This document shows positions 27,009 to 36,433 of a stretch of DNA of 64,000 nucleotides, piece by piece. The stretch's first letter is position 1; every line of letters begins with the position of its first letter. The stretch comes from Candidatus Nanoarchaeia archaeon (GTDB taxonomy: Archaea > Nanobdellota > Nanobdellia > Pacearchaeales > GW2011-AR1). The stretch covers positions 7,146 to 71,145 of the forward strand of contig JBAQGX010000004.1 of assembly GCA_049288015.1 (NCBI GenBank). Reading direction: 5' to 3'. A program made the translations under genes and the position numbers. The notes under the pieces are model-generated. The model saw nothing but the letters and a program-made list of their open reading frames with translations, made no database searches and was not told the DNA's origin.

Positions 27009-28538
27009 CTATTTTTTAAGTTTTCTTGCTGCTATTATTATTGTTGTTATTAAAACACATATAACTAATAATGTCTCTGCTATTAATATTGCAGCATAAT
27101 TCTGTGAAGACTTATTTGCCTGAGGTGTTGCCTCAAGATTCAATGCTGGAGCAGTATTACTTTTCTGTTGTTGATGATATTGATTATATACATCGTTATA
27201 ACTATAGGGACTTGCTAAAGAAATTATATTATTTGATAAAGGGTTAGTCTGATTTGATTGGTTAGTTTGATTATTTGAAGACTGCAATGTTATTGTTATT
27301 GTTGGAGTTGCATTAATATTTCCTGCGTTATCTTCTGCTGTTGCATTGATATAATAAATTCCTTGCTGAAGATTGACAAAACTAAAGGCAAATGGAGACA
27401 AACTTCCATTTAAACTATTGATCATTCCTGTAGAATTATAAAGATAAACATTAAAATCTTTTAACCCGCTGGTTAAATCTAAGGCTGTCAAATTTATTGG
27501 AATTGACGTTGAATTAAGAACAGAATTATTTCCGGGGGTTGGATCTGCAAACTGGATTTGGGGTGCCGTTGCGTCAATTAATATTGTATAAGTTTGAGTT
27601 TGATTTGAATTTCCAAAGGTGTCATTTGCCCAGGAATAAAATGTATAATTTCCATCAACTAACCCAGTTCCATTTACCCAGTAATTATTTCCTGAATTGT
27701 TTGTGAATGTTGTGTTTATTCCATTCCAATTAAGGATAACACTAGCCAAGTGAGAATCACTTGCAGAAATGTTAATCAATGCATAATTTCTGTTAAGATA
27801 AGAATTATTTAACTCTGTTGTTGGATTATACGAAATTGCAGGAGGAGTTGTGTCCGTTATAGGGAGAGTTGTATCTACAACAGTCAAACTATATGTCTGC
27901 GCTACAATATTCACCCCATCTGAAACATCTATTGAAATAGTATAACCCGTATTTGCATTAACTAAGGGTGCCATTCCAGATACAACCCCCGTTGAAGGAT
28001 TTATTGATATCCATGCAGGATTTTGTAAAAGTGAATATGTCAAAGTATCTCCATCTGCATCAGATGCAATTAGCTGATAGTAATAAGACGTTCCTTCATT
28101 GATACTGATAAGGGGAGAAGATGATATTACTGGTATTGAATCTACAGGGGGAGAAGCCGGATTTACAATTAAATTTAAACTGTATGTGTTGCTTCCATCC
28201 TGATCTGTTCCAAAAATAACCAAATGATAATTTCCTGGATTTTGGTAGATTGAAGGCGTTACCGAGTATTTATTGGAAAAGGTGTTTGAATTCACTGCTT
28301 TGTTATTTTCAAAAGCGTAAATCAAATTGTAATTTGCATCATATAATTTTATATTTATTGTCATGAAGTTCCAGGGAATAGTTCCAAAGTATGCACTGAA
28401 ATTGGCACTTTGTCCATTAGTTATGCTGATACTTTGATTATTGTTACTCCATAATCCTCCAGAAATGATTGTTGCACTAACACTGCTGATAAGAAATATT
28501 CCAAATGCAAACAAATATGTTAATTTCAAAAAATTCAT
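27009..28538 (-). CDS. Surface protein with cadherin-like / putative Ig (He_PIG-type) domain and C-terminal TM anchor
   Basis: Signal peptide. NEGTSYYYQLIASDADGDTLTYSLLQNPAWISINPSTGVVSG is the classic dystroglycan-type cadherin-like motif. Dense N-x-S/T sequons. C-terminal TM helix plus RKLKK. Confidence 0.65.
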   Translation of the reverse strand: MNFLKLTYLFAFGIFLISSVSATIISGGLWSNNNQSISITNGQSANFSAYFGTIPWNFMTINIKLYDANYNLIYAFENNKAVNSNTFSNKYSVTPSIYQNPGNYHLVIFGTDQDGSNTYSLNLIVNPASPPVDSIPVISSSPLISINEGTSYYYQLIASDADGDTLTYSLLQNPAWISINPSTGVVSGMAPLVNANTGYTISIDVSDGVNIVAQTYSLTVVDTTLPITDTTPPAISYNPTTELNNSYLNRNYALINISASDSHLASVILNWNGINTTFTNNSGNNYWVNGTGLVDGNYTFYSWANDTFGNSNQTQTYTILIDATAPQIQFADPTPGNNSVLNSTSIPINLTALDLTSGLKDFNVYLYNSTGMINSLNGSLSPFAFSFVNLQQGIYYINATAEDNAGNINATPTITITLQSSNNQTNQSNQTNPLSNNIISLASPYSYNDVYNQYHQQQKSNTAPALNLEATPQANKSSQNYAAILIAETLLVICVLITTIIIAARKLKK

Positions 28539-29803
28539 TTTCCACTCTTTGGTTTGTCAATGTACCAAATTAATCTAACTCCAGCGCCTATCATCTGATT
28601 ACTATCATTTAAAATATTTGATAAATTTCCTTCCCAAATTCTTCTGTATTCAACATACGGATTAATTCCGAGACCATTTGGCCCAGACCCAATTATAAGG
28701 TTCGGACCAACTTCAACTCCTGCACTCCACTCCTTCTGTGTATATGAAGAATTTGTAGAATTAATATATGAAGGATTATTAGGGTTTGTAAGATCCGCAA
28801 TTGCGGCCAAATCTTTTCTTGTATAGCTAGTCTCCCCGAGTGAAGCTCCAAGAGACAAAGAAAAATGATCTGTAACTGGGATGTATCCAACAACACTACC
28901 CCCAAAAGACACGAAATCTGTAAGCTGTTCATTTTCCATGAAATAGATATTTCCAGAAAGATTACTTTGCGAATTAATAAGAGTTGTGTCGGGTCTTGTA
29001 CCTAAATATCCAATTAACGCCAGATTATCCCATTTTGCTCCAATCTGAAAATCATATTCAAGAGGAGCGTCAATGTTTCCGCCAATAATTAATGCAGGAC
29101 CCTTCTCTGCATACTTTAAAGTGGAAGTTTTCTTTGGTTCCTTAATTTTGGGAAGAGACAATGACTCAGTCTGCTTTGGCTCAGTAAAATTCTTCTTTTT
29201 TGGTGGTGTAATACTCTCAATTGTAGGTTTGGATCCTGCAACAGGAAATGTTACTAGCATAGGCACATCATAAATTTCCCCATTACTTTTCTTTCCTTGT
29301 TTATCAATTGCATAAGTAAAGTCACCCAAAATACCCTCAAGTTCTTTGGTTGTTATAATATGATTTGAAACACTTAAAGATTTAGAAAGATTTTCTAATG
29401 ATCTGTAGTACTCAGGTGTTCTCTTTTCACTAGATACTTTTGCTAAAAGCCCTTCGTATGTTTTAATTAATCTCAATCTTGCTTCATCCGAGGTGGTACT
29501 GGTTTTAGAATCTCCCTTGCTGCTATAGAAATCTTTTGCTCTAGGATCATTTTTCAAATAATTTAATTTTCCCTTTAAAACAGATATAGGATCAAGGAAG
29601 GTTAAGCTTGTAACATTTCCGCCGCTTATTAGAGAATTAATGTCTGTATCTTTATCTCTTGGAAGCTGATTTACATAATTAGTTGCAAGAATTCCATCTG
29701 CAGTCTGATAAATGGGAGTAGGTTCTGGAATTGCTAAATTTTGCCCATATAAAAGCTTACCAACTGCGAAAAGTGATGCTGCAATTAAAGACGATTTCTT
29801 CAT
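28535..29803 (-). CDS. Secreted protein with C-terminal beta-strand-rich (barrel-like) domain
   Basis: Signal peptide MKKSSLIAASLFAVGKLLYG. The C-terminal ~180 aa have alternating hydrophobic patterns (IGAKWDNLALIGYLG, SAGVEVGPNLIIG, MIGAGVRLIWYI). The stop overlaps the downstream start by 4 nt. Confidence 0.55.
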   Translation of the reverse strand: MKKSSLIAASLFAVGKLLYGQNLAIPEPTPIYQTADGILATNYVNQLPRDKDTDINSLISGGNVTSLTFLDPISVLKGKLNYLKNDPRAKDFYSSKGDSKTSTTSDEARLRLIKTYEGLLAKVSSEKRTPEYYRSLENLSKSLSVSNHIITTKELEGILGDFTYAIDKQGKKSNGEIYDVPMLVTFPVAGSKPTIESITPPKKKNFTEPKQTESLSLPKIKEPKKTSTLKYAEKGPALIIGGNIDAPLEYDFQIGAKWDNLALIGYLGTRPDTTLINSQSNLSGNIYFMENEQLTDFVSFGGSVVGYIPVTDHFSLSLGASLGETSYTRKDLAAIADLTNPNNPSYINSTNSSYTQKEWSAGVEVGPNLIIGSGPNGLGINPYVEYRRIWEGNLSNILNDSNQMIGAGVRLIWYIDKPKSGK

Positions 29804-29873
29804 GGTTCTCCAACCTTTGAATTATTTATAAAGATTTCTATATGTTATTATTGCATAATTACATCAATTTGTA

Positions 29874-31190
29874 TTATCTTCCAATTCCCATTGAAGCTTT
29901 GCATGTCTTGTCATACAAGTCCCTGAAGATATTGTTAGGATCGGTTATTTTTTTAATTTTATCATAATTCTTTTTATTCCAAATTTTCCAGAATTCTTTT
30001 TTGGAGAAATAATTGTTGGAGATAAGTGTCTTTATTCCTTTTAAGCGCATTATTTCTTCTTCCATCATTCTATAATAATTTTTGCCTTCCTCTTTCTTTA
30101 AATCATAAATTGCAATGTCCAGAACCAGTCCATCATCCTTTTTGCTAATAAATTTGGGAGATAGCCATTCATAGCCGTGGTTTGGCTTGTATGGAACGCA
30201 CCATATAGGGAAAAAGTTAATTTCTTTTTCATACCATCTTACAAAATCATCTATTCTTGAAAATGGAATAAACAAATCAACAACTATGGGAATCTTCTCT
30301 GCAGGAATTAGTCTGTGGAATGCATTTACAAATTCTAGAACAGAGTTGGAACCTCCCAGTTTTCCAAATAATAATCTCCCAATAAAGCTCCGAATGTTTG
30401 AATGGATATGTCCTTTATCATACCTAAAAAGGTAATTAATCGTCTTAAGATAATCTTCATCTCTACTTTTAATACTTGGATAATAGACTCTTGTCCAATC
30501 ATAACTATGTGTATATGGCGCCTTATCAACAAAATTTCCAACACTTAGTATAAATTCTTTTGGAGAGTCAAGAAACCCATCCATAAAATCAACGTCCTTT
30601 GACTTGAAATGCCTCCAGATTGCAGCCTTGTATTCTTTCAAAGTAGGATATTTTTCATATTTTACTTTAACGAAAGGTTTAGCATCAATGAGCTTGAATT
30701 TAAGCTTTGAAATTATCCCAAGAGTTCCGAATGTTCCGTGCATCATCTGAAACAGAAGATTCTCATTTTGCGGAGAACATGTGATTATCTCCCCTTTTGC
30801 AGTTATAACCTCATATTCAAGGCAACTATCGTGGAATCCCCCATATTTGTGAGACATAGATTCAATAGAGCAGCCTGCAACTGCTCCGCCGATTGTTATT
30901 GTTTTATGTTCGGGGACAGTCAAAGGAATAAGATTATATTTTAATGTTGCTTTTACCAAATCAACAAAAGTAACTCCTGGCTCCGCAATGCAGATTTTTT
31001 TATCAGGATCTATGCTAATTATATCTGTTAAATCACCTATGTAAATTTTGTTGTCAGAATAGTATTTATCATTGGGCTTTGGAACTTGATGGGGAACGGT
31101 CTTTTTCTTCAGGGAAATTGGCTCTTTACTTTTATATTTCTTTAGCTGATCTGCAATGACCCCAATCTTTTGCTCATGACTCATCACCAT
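29874..31190 (-). CDS. FAD-binding (PCMH-type) oxidoreductase, DHCR24/DWF1-like
   Basis: PGVTFVDLV...TITIGGAVAGCSIESMSHKYGGFHDSCLEYEVITAKGEIITCSP closely parallels the IESSSHKYGLF..C..YELVLADGS.VRC.P block of delta(24)-sterol reductase-type flavoproteins (from memory). Confidence 0.7.
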   Translation of the reverse strand: MVMSHEQKIGVIADQLKKYKSKEPISLKKKTVPHQVPKPNDKYYSDNKIYIGDLTDIISIDPDKKICIAEPGVTFVDLVKATLKYNLIPLTVPEHKTITIGGAVAGCSIESMSHKYGGFHDSCLEYEVITAKGEIITCSPQNENLLFQMMHGTFGTLGIISKLKFKLIDAKPFVKVKYEKYPTLKEYKAAIWRHFKSKDVDFMDGFLDSPKEFILSVGNFVDKAPYTHSYDWTRVYYPSIKSRDEDYLKTINYLFRYDKGHIHSNIRSFIGRLLFGKLGGSNSVLEFVNAFHRLIPAEKIPIVVDLFIPFSRIDDFVRWYEKEINFFPIWCVPYKPNHGYEWLSPKFISKKDDGLVLDIAIYDLKKEEGKNYYRMMEEEIMRLKGIKTLISNNYFSKKEFWKIWNKKNYDKIKKITDPNNIFRDLYDKTCKASMGIGR

Positions 31191-31293
31191 TTTTATTAAT
31201 TTACAATTCTTTGTTTTAAAATCCTTTCTTTTCCCTGAAACCCTGAAACCAAAATTTTAAAAGTGTCCAAATTCTTAAAATTTCGTGTATTAG

Positions 31294-31364
31294 GGTCCAT
31301 TAGTCTATCGGTAGAACACCTCGTTTACACCGAGGAAGGAGAGGTCCGACTCCTCTATGGACCA
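31294..31364 (+). tRNA. tRNA-Val(UAC)
   Basis: Hand-folded. Acceptor GGTCCAT/ATGGACC. Anticodon arm CCTCG-TTTACAC-CGAGG. T arm AGAGG-TCCGACT-CCTCT. The D stem has one mismatch. Confidence 0.75.
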
Positions 31365-31393
31365 TTTTGTCCTTGTTATTAATACTCCGTTAA

Positions 31394-31464
31394 GCGCGGG
31401 TAGTTAATCGGTAGAATATCTCGTTGCCAACGAGGTGAGCCGGGTCCGACTCCCGGTCCGCGCA
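31394..31464 (+). tRNA. tRNA-Gly(GCC)
   Basis: Hand-folded. Acceptor GCGCGGG/TCCGCGC. Anticodon arm TCTCG-TTGCCAA-CGAGG. T arm CCGGG-TCCGACT-CCCGG. Confidence 0.8.
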
Positions 31465-31503
31465 CTTAAAAACATTTAAAAGTATTCTACCAATAATTTA
31501 TAT

Positions 31504-33312
31504 ATGGCTGAAGAAAGCGGCAAAGATATTCCTGAAATGAATCTTAGCAACAATTACTCGTCAAATAAGCCTATGCCAAATCCAACAGAAGTTCAGAAAA
31601 ATATGGACAAAACAAAAAAAGAATTGAATAAACTTAAGTTGTTCATAACAAAGAAATATCCTTTTACGGAAGCTATTGGAATCCTTCCTCCACAATCAAT
31701 TAAAATGTTTATTGAAGAAGAAGTAGGGGAAAATGTTCCAAAAGAAGAACAGGAAAAGCTGCTAAAGAAAATTCATCTTTGCGTTATTATACCCGATGAC
31801 AAAGTAAAAGAAATTCCTAAAATAAAGGAAGAAATTGTAAAGCAAATTGAAAAAGAGAAGCATGATGTTTGGGTTTACATAAAAACTAATGGAGATGTTT
31901 GGGAATATGGAATGGACAGCAAGTTTGAAATTATAGGTGCAATTGCAATGTCTTTTCCTTTATATGATAAAGGATTGTTGAAATCATTAAGAGTTGCTGA
32001 AGTTCATAAAACACTTGTTCTCCAGAAATTTGAGAGATATGTAGTTAGTTATGTAATTGCAGGCAGTATGGTTAGAGGTGAAGCTTCAAAGACTTCTGAT
32101 GTTGATGTGTTCATAATTATTAATGATACTGATGTGAAGAGAATGCCCAGATTGGAATTGAAAGAAAGGTTAAGGGGGATTATTTATCAATATATTTCAG
32201 AAGCTTATGCAATTGCAGGAGTCAAAGAAAATATTCTAAATGTGCAAGTTTATCTCCTTACAGACTTCTGGGAATCTGTCAAAGATGCGCACCCTGTTAT
32301 TTTCACTTTCATAAGAGATGGGGTTCCATTATACGATAGAGGAACATTCATGCCTTGGAAAGTTCTTCTTAGAATGGGAAAGTTAAAACCATCTCCAGAA
32401 GCAATTGATATGTTTATCTCAATGGGAGATAAAACAGTTAAGAGAGCAAAAGATTCGCTGTTAGATATTCTAGTTCATGAAATTTATTGGGGAGTTATAA
32501 CTCCTAGTCAAGCTTTGCTAATGCTTTATGGATTGCCTCCACCTACACCAAAACAAACGGTTGAACAAATGAGAAAGGTTTTTGTTGAAAAAGAAAAGAT
32601 GCTGGAACCTAGATTTGTCACTATACTTGAGAAAGTTGTTGGTAAATACAAAGAATTTGAGCATGAAAAACTTAAAGAAATAAAAGGAACAATGATAGAT
32701 GAATTAATCAGTGATACTGAAGAGTATCTAAAGAGATTGAAAGAGTTAAGAGAGCAAATTGAAAAAAGAGCGCAGAAGAAAACAATTGAAGAAGTTTATC
32801 AGCAAGTTTTCGAGCTACTTAAGTCTGTTACTAAAAAGTCCTCAAATTCTGGAATTATAGAAGAATTTGAAAGTATGGTAAAAGGAGGAAAGTTCAGTTC
32901 ACAGCATCTAAAAATTATAAAAAATGTCGTAGATGCAAAAAAAGAATTTGGAAAGGGGAAATCAAATTTTCATATAATTGATAATGTAAGAAAGGAGGCA
33001 ACATCTTTGATTAATGATCTCATTGAATTCTCACAAAGGAAAGATCTTGCTGAGCTAGACAAAAGAAGAATAGTTGTAGGATATAAGGAAAAAGATAAGG
33101 TAAAAACTGCGGAGATTTTGGTATATGAAAAAGAATTGTTTTTGTTCAAAGAAGGAAAAATAAAGAAGATCACAGATAAGATATCTGAATCAAACATGGA
33201 AGAGGTTTCACATGTAATGGAACAACAAAAGTCAAAGAAGGTAGCCAATATATCCTCTGAAGCCCTTGTGTTGCTTAAGAAAGAATTAGGTGACTTTGAA
33301 ATTAGATTATAG
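31504..33312 (+). CDS. Nucleotidyltransferase-domain protein (degenerate + active pol-beta-type NTase, helical C-terminal region)
   Basis: GSMVRGEASKTSDVDVFIIINDTD is a G-S-x(n)-D-x-D minimal NTase motif. An upstream degenerate copy is present (IGILPPQS...IHLCVIIPDD). The segment DAHPVIFTFIRDGVPLYDRGTFMPWKVLLRMGKLKPSPEA is paralogous to 36434-37360. Confidence 0.6.
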   Translation: MAEESGKDIPEMNLSNNYSSNKPMPNPTEVQKNMDKTKKELNKLKLFITKKYPFTEAIGILPPQSIKMFIEEEVGENVPKEEQEKLLKKIHLCVIIPDDKVKEIPKIKEEIVKQIEKEKHDVWVYIKTNGDVWEYGMDSKFEIIGAIAMSFPLYDKGLLKSLRVAEVHKTLVLQKFERYVVSYVIAGSMVRGEASKTSDVDVFIIINDTDVKRMPRLELKERLRGIIYQYISEAYAIAGVKENILNVQVYLLTDFWESVKDAHPVIFTFIRDGVPLYDRGTFMPWKVLLRMGKLKPSPEAIDMFISMGDKTVKRAKDSLLDILVHEIYWGVITPSQALLMLYGLPPPTPKQTVEQMRKVFVEKEKMLEPRFVTILEKVVGKYKEFEHEKLKEIKGTMIDELISDTEEYLKRLKELREQIEKRAQKKTIEEVYQQVFELLKSVTKKSSNSGIIEEFESMVKGGKFSSQHLKIIKNVVDAKKEFGKGKSNFHIIDNVRKEATSLINDLIEFSQRKDLAELDKRRIVVGYKEKDKVKTAEILVYEKELFLFKEGKIKKITDKISESNMEEVSHVMEQQKSKKVANISSEALVLLKKELGDFEIRL

Positions 33313-33315
33313 ACA

Positions 33316-34419
33316 ATGAAATACCTTTTTATTCTTGGAAGAAATATTGAATTATCTATCGCAGAGATAAAGGCTTTTTTCAGAAAAAACAACTTTGATT
33401 TTAAACAAATCGGGCTTATTGATAATGGATTACTGATAGAAACAAATAAACAATTTGATTTTAAAGTAGTTGATAAATTAGGAGGAGTTGTTTCAATAGG
33501 AGAAGTTCTTGCTTCAGGAACAGTGAAGGAGATTTTTGATGAGCTTGATAAAAAATCAATATATTATTCAGATAATAACAAATTGAATTATGTATTATAC
33601 GATTTTAATGGAAAAGATTTCGGCGATGTCCTATTTTATTTAAAACAAAAACTGAAAAAAGAGGGACTAAAAGCAACAGATAAGAAACTAACAGGAAATA
33701 TAAAATTACAAGATGGAGAATTTGTACCAAAGGTTTCATCCAAAAATGTTGATGAACAATATTTCATTTTTGAAAATAATTTTGGGAGAATAATTGAAAA
33801 AATTGATTATGAAAATATTGAAGAAAGAGATATGAAAAAACCAGTTAGAAGAAATGAGCTTTCTATTTCACCTAGACTTGCCAAAATTTTAATAAATTTA
33901 TCAGAAGTAAAAGAAGGAGAAACTCTACTTGATCCTTTTTGTGGAATTGGGGTAATTTTAGAAGAAGCACTTCTGCAAAAAATAAAAGTTATTGGAATTG
34001 ATAAAGATAAAAAAGCAGTAGAAGATGCAAAAAAGAATCTTAAATGGTTTAAATTTCAAAAAGAAGATTATAAATTAATCAGCGAAGATTCTTCAATTGC
34101 AAAGATTCCCAGAATTAGTGGTATTTCAACAGAACCAGATCTTGGAAAACTGCAAAAAAAGAATCCTTCAAAGGAAGAGGCCAAAAAGATAAAAAACAGC
34201 TTTGAGGAACTTATGATAAAAGTTTTGAAAAACCTCAAAAATTATGTGAATGGAAAAATAGTGTTTACTGCTCCACTTATATTTACCAATAAAGAAAAAT
34301 TATCTTGTGACTTCAAAAGAATCAGTTCCTCAGCTGGACTAAAGATTTCGGAAGGACCCATAAATGAATTCAGAAAAGATTCAATTATAGGAAGAAGTAT
34401 TATAGTAATGGAAAAATAG
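33316..34419 (+). CDS. SAM-dependent methyltransferase, Trm11/COG1041-like (putative RNA methylase)
   Basis: Motif I LLDPFCGIGVILEEA and VIGIDKD. The motif IV position reads STEPDLG instead of DPPYG. N-terminal region of THUMP-like size. Confidence 0.55.
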   Translation: MKYLFILGRNIELSIAEIKAFFRKNNFDFKQIGLIDNGLLIETNKQFDFKVVDKLGGVVSIGEVLASGTVKEIFDELDKKSIYYSDNNKLNYVLYDFNGKDFGDVLFYLKQKLKKEGLKATDKKLTGNIKLQDGEFVPKVSSKNVDEQYFIFENNFGRIIEKIDYENIEERDMKKPVRRNELSISPRLAKILINLSEVKEGETLLDPFCGIGVILEEALLQKIKVIGIDKDKKAVEDAKKNLKWFKFQKEDYKLISEDSSIAKIPRISGISTEPDLGKLQKKNPSKEEAKKIKNSFEELMIKVLKNLKNYVNGKIVFTAPLIFTNKEKLSCDFKRISSSAGLKISEGPINEFRKDSIIGRSIIVMEK

Positions 34420-34429
34420 AGACCTAATA

Positions 34430-34768
34430 TTATATATTCAGCGGAGAACCATGAAAATTTGGCTTCTCTTCACATTTTGGACAGTATGGAACTTCTTCAT
34501 TATGGACATTTCCAGAACCAGACATAGGAAAAGGGCCATCCCAAATTGGATGAGCTACAGTGGCTCCCTCGATCTCAGAATTACAAGAAATGCAAACACA
34601 ACTTTCATCTCCATTTATTCTATAAATTGCAGAGCTTCCCTTTTTTCTCATATACTTCTGCCCACTTTCATCGACAGCATATTCTGGAATGAAAGCTGCC
34701 CAAAGATTATTTTTTGCAAACTCTTCCCATTCGGCCGTTACGCTAAATTCTAACTGTCCTACAACCAT
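34430..34768 (-). CDS. Hypothetical Cys-containing (zinc-ribbon-like) protein
   Basis: ORF with CVCISC ... YCPKC cysteine pairs. No family recognised. Confidence 0.4.
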   Translation of the reverse strand: MVVGQLEFSVTAEWEEFAKNNLWAAFIPEYAVDESGQKYMRKKGSSAIYRINGDESCVCISCNSEIEGATVAHPIWDGPFPMSGSGNVHNEEVPYCPKCEEKPNFHGSPLNI

Positions 34769-34946
34769 GATAAAAAGTTGTATGAGAACTTTTTTAAGGT
34801 TTTATCTCATTGGATGAGCACATTTCAATATCTATTTTATTCAAGAATTGTTGTTAATTTTGTGCAAAGCCCAAATAGGGATAAGCTTTTTAAACTAATC
34901 TTCTGATAAGAGTGTATCTAAATATTTTAGGTAATTATTAAGTAAA

Positions 34947-35207
34947 ATGACGAAGGGTCTTGTAGTACAATTTAGACGGGGAAATCACACTGTTCATGAA
35001 AGACATTTTCTAATAGAAGTAACTGGGATTAAGACAAGAAAAGATGCTGAAAAGTTTGTTGGAAAAGAAGTGGAATGGAAATCTCCTGCAGGTAAAGTAA
35101 TCAAAGGGAAAGTTGCTTCAGCACATGGTAATAAAGGAGTAATAAGAGCTATATTCGAAAAAGGACTGCCAGGACAGGCAGTTACAACAGAGGTTGAAAT
35201 AAAATAA
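34947..35207 (+). CDS. rpl35ae: Ribosomal protein eL33 (L35Ae)
   Basis: GLVVQFRRGNHTVHERHFLIEV...GKVIKGKVASAHGNKGVIRAIFEKGLPGQA is typical of L35Ae. Confidence 0.9.
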   Translation: MTKGLVVQFRRGNHTVHERHFLIEVTGIKTRKDAEKFVGKEVEWKSPAGKVIKGKVASAHGNKGVIRAIFEKGLPGQAVTTEVEIK

Positions 35208-35208
35208 G

Positions 35209-35772
35209 ATGGGATTGAGAAAAGCATCGGCATATTCAAGAAAGATAGTAGTTCCATTTACTAGAAAGAGTAAGAAAAAGAAATATTCATATGTAAAGGT
35301 AGTTCCTCCTTCAAAAATTGTCAAATTTACAATGGGCGACGAGAGAGCCTTTAAGGATGGTAAATTCCCTTATCAAATTACGGTTCTTTCAGCTGAAAGC
35401 ATACAGATAAGACATAATGCCCTTGAAGCATGCAGGCAGTATATAAACAAGGAACTCGATAAACTATTACTGGGAAAATATCTCTTCAAGATACTACCTT
35501 ACCCTCATCACATTCAAAGAGAAAATAAGATGCTTACAGGAGCAGGGGCAGATAGAATGCAGACTGGAATGGCATTATCTTTTGGAAAATCCGTCGGAAG
35601 ATCGGCCATTTTAAAGCCAGGAAGCAGAATATTCTTCTTTGCAGTCCAAAATGACAATGCTGTAAGGATTCTAAGGAAAATTCTAAAGGAAATAAAGCCC
35701 AAAATGCCTGGAAGCATAAAAGTCGTACAGGAACTTAAGGCTGAAAGTATGCCTTTGCTCAAAGTAGCTTAA
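35209..35772 (+). CDS. rpl10e: Ribosomal protein uL16 (L10e)
   Basis: RKASAYSRK..., RQYINKEL and GAGADRMQTGM are typical of L10e. Starts 1 nt after the rpl35ae stop. Confidence 0.9.
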   Translation: MGLRKASAYSRKIVVPFTRKSKKKKYSYVKVVPPSKIVKFTMGDERAFKDGKFPYQITVLSAESIQIRHNALEACRQYINKELDKLLLGKYLFKILPYPHHIQRENKMLTGAGADRMQTGMALSFGKSVGRSAILKPGSRIFFFAVQNDNAVRILRKILKEIKPKMPGSIKVVQELKAESMPLLKVA

Positions 35773-35806
35773 TTCTAATTACTATTTAGTAGTAACATCC
35801 ATAAGC

Positions 35807-35814
35807 TTTATAAA
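35807..35814 (+). promoter_or_regulatory. TATA box (TTTATAAA) 30 nt upstream of the ATG at 35844
   Basis: Exact octamer at archaeal TATA-like distance. Confidence 0.45.
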
Positions 35815-35843
35815 TAGAAGAATTATGTGTTTATTATAGAAAA

Positions 35844-36425
35844 ATGGCAGAAGAAAAAAAGCAACCAACAAAAGAAGAGATTGAGGCTAAAAAAGGCGCA
35901 GATAGAGCTGCTGCTTTGGGAACATTTAAAGGTAATTTAGTTAATTTAGCTACTGCTTTTTATGTTGAAAAATCAAACCAATATGGAGAAGCCGGAGCTT
36001 CTGCAATTGATCAATACATCTATGGTCCTGCATTAAAAAGTAAAGAAGGTGTTGACTTATTATATGGAAGTCTATTGGGCTCTAGACAAAATGAAAGAAG
36101 ATATTCTGGAAGCACATCTGAATGGGCATTAATCCAAACAGCTGCAAAGATTGTACAAGAATCTTTTGGTGCTATTACAGTTGAAGATATCTATGGTTTA
36201 ATGGGTTCAAAGATAAAAGTAGCGGAAGAATTCCAGGGAAAATATCTTGGAGATTTATCTGGATCCAAAGATAAAGAAACAAAAGAATTTGCAGGAACAC
36301 TTACCGGTGCTTACATCGCAAATTTGATGGATAAGAAAGTTTCAGAAGCCTTGGGAATGAGAGTAAAAGACAGATTGAACAATCTAGAACAACTTGTTAA
36401 GGAAGAAGAACCAAATAAAAAATAA
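35844..36425 (+). CDS. Hypothetical protein
   Basis: ORF with coding-like composition and its own TATA box. No motif. Confidence 0.5.
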   Translation: MAEEKKQPTKEEIEAKKGADRAAALGTFKGNLVNLATAFYVEKSNQYGEAGASAIDQYIYGPALKSKEGVDLLYGSLLGSRQNERRYSGSTSEWALIQTAAKIVQESFGAITVEDIYGLMGSKIKVAEEFQGKYLGDLSGSKDKETKEFAGTLTGAYIANLMDKKVSEALGMRVKDRLNNLEQLVKEEEPNKK

Positions 36426-36433
36426 TTCTTAAA

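Noticed and set aside
31225-31245. Tandem ccctgaaaccctgaaacc upstream of the tRNA-Val/Gly pair
   Set aside because: There are only two short copies. They probably belong to the promoter or spacer, and nothing is testable from the sequence alone.
34812-34905. Possible C/D box sRNA (tggatga ... ctga) in the 178-nt gap upstream of rpl35ae
   Set aside because: The C box deviates from RUGAUGA. The C-to-D distance of about 90 nt is too long for archaeal C/D sRNAs, and no C'/D' boxes were seen.
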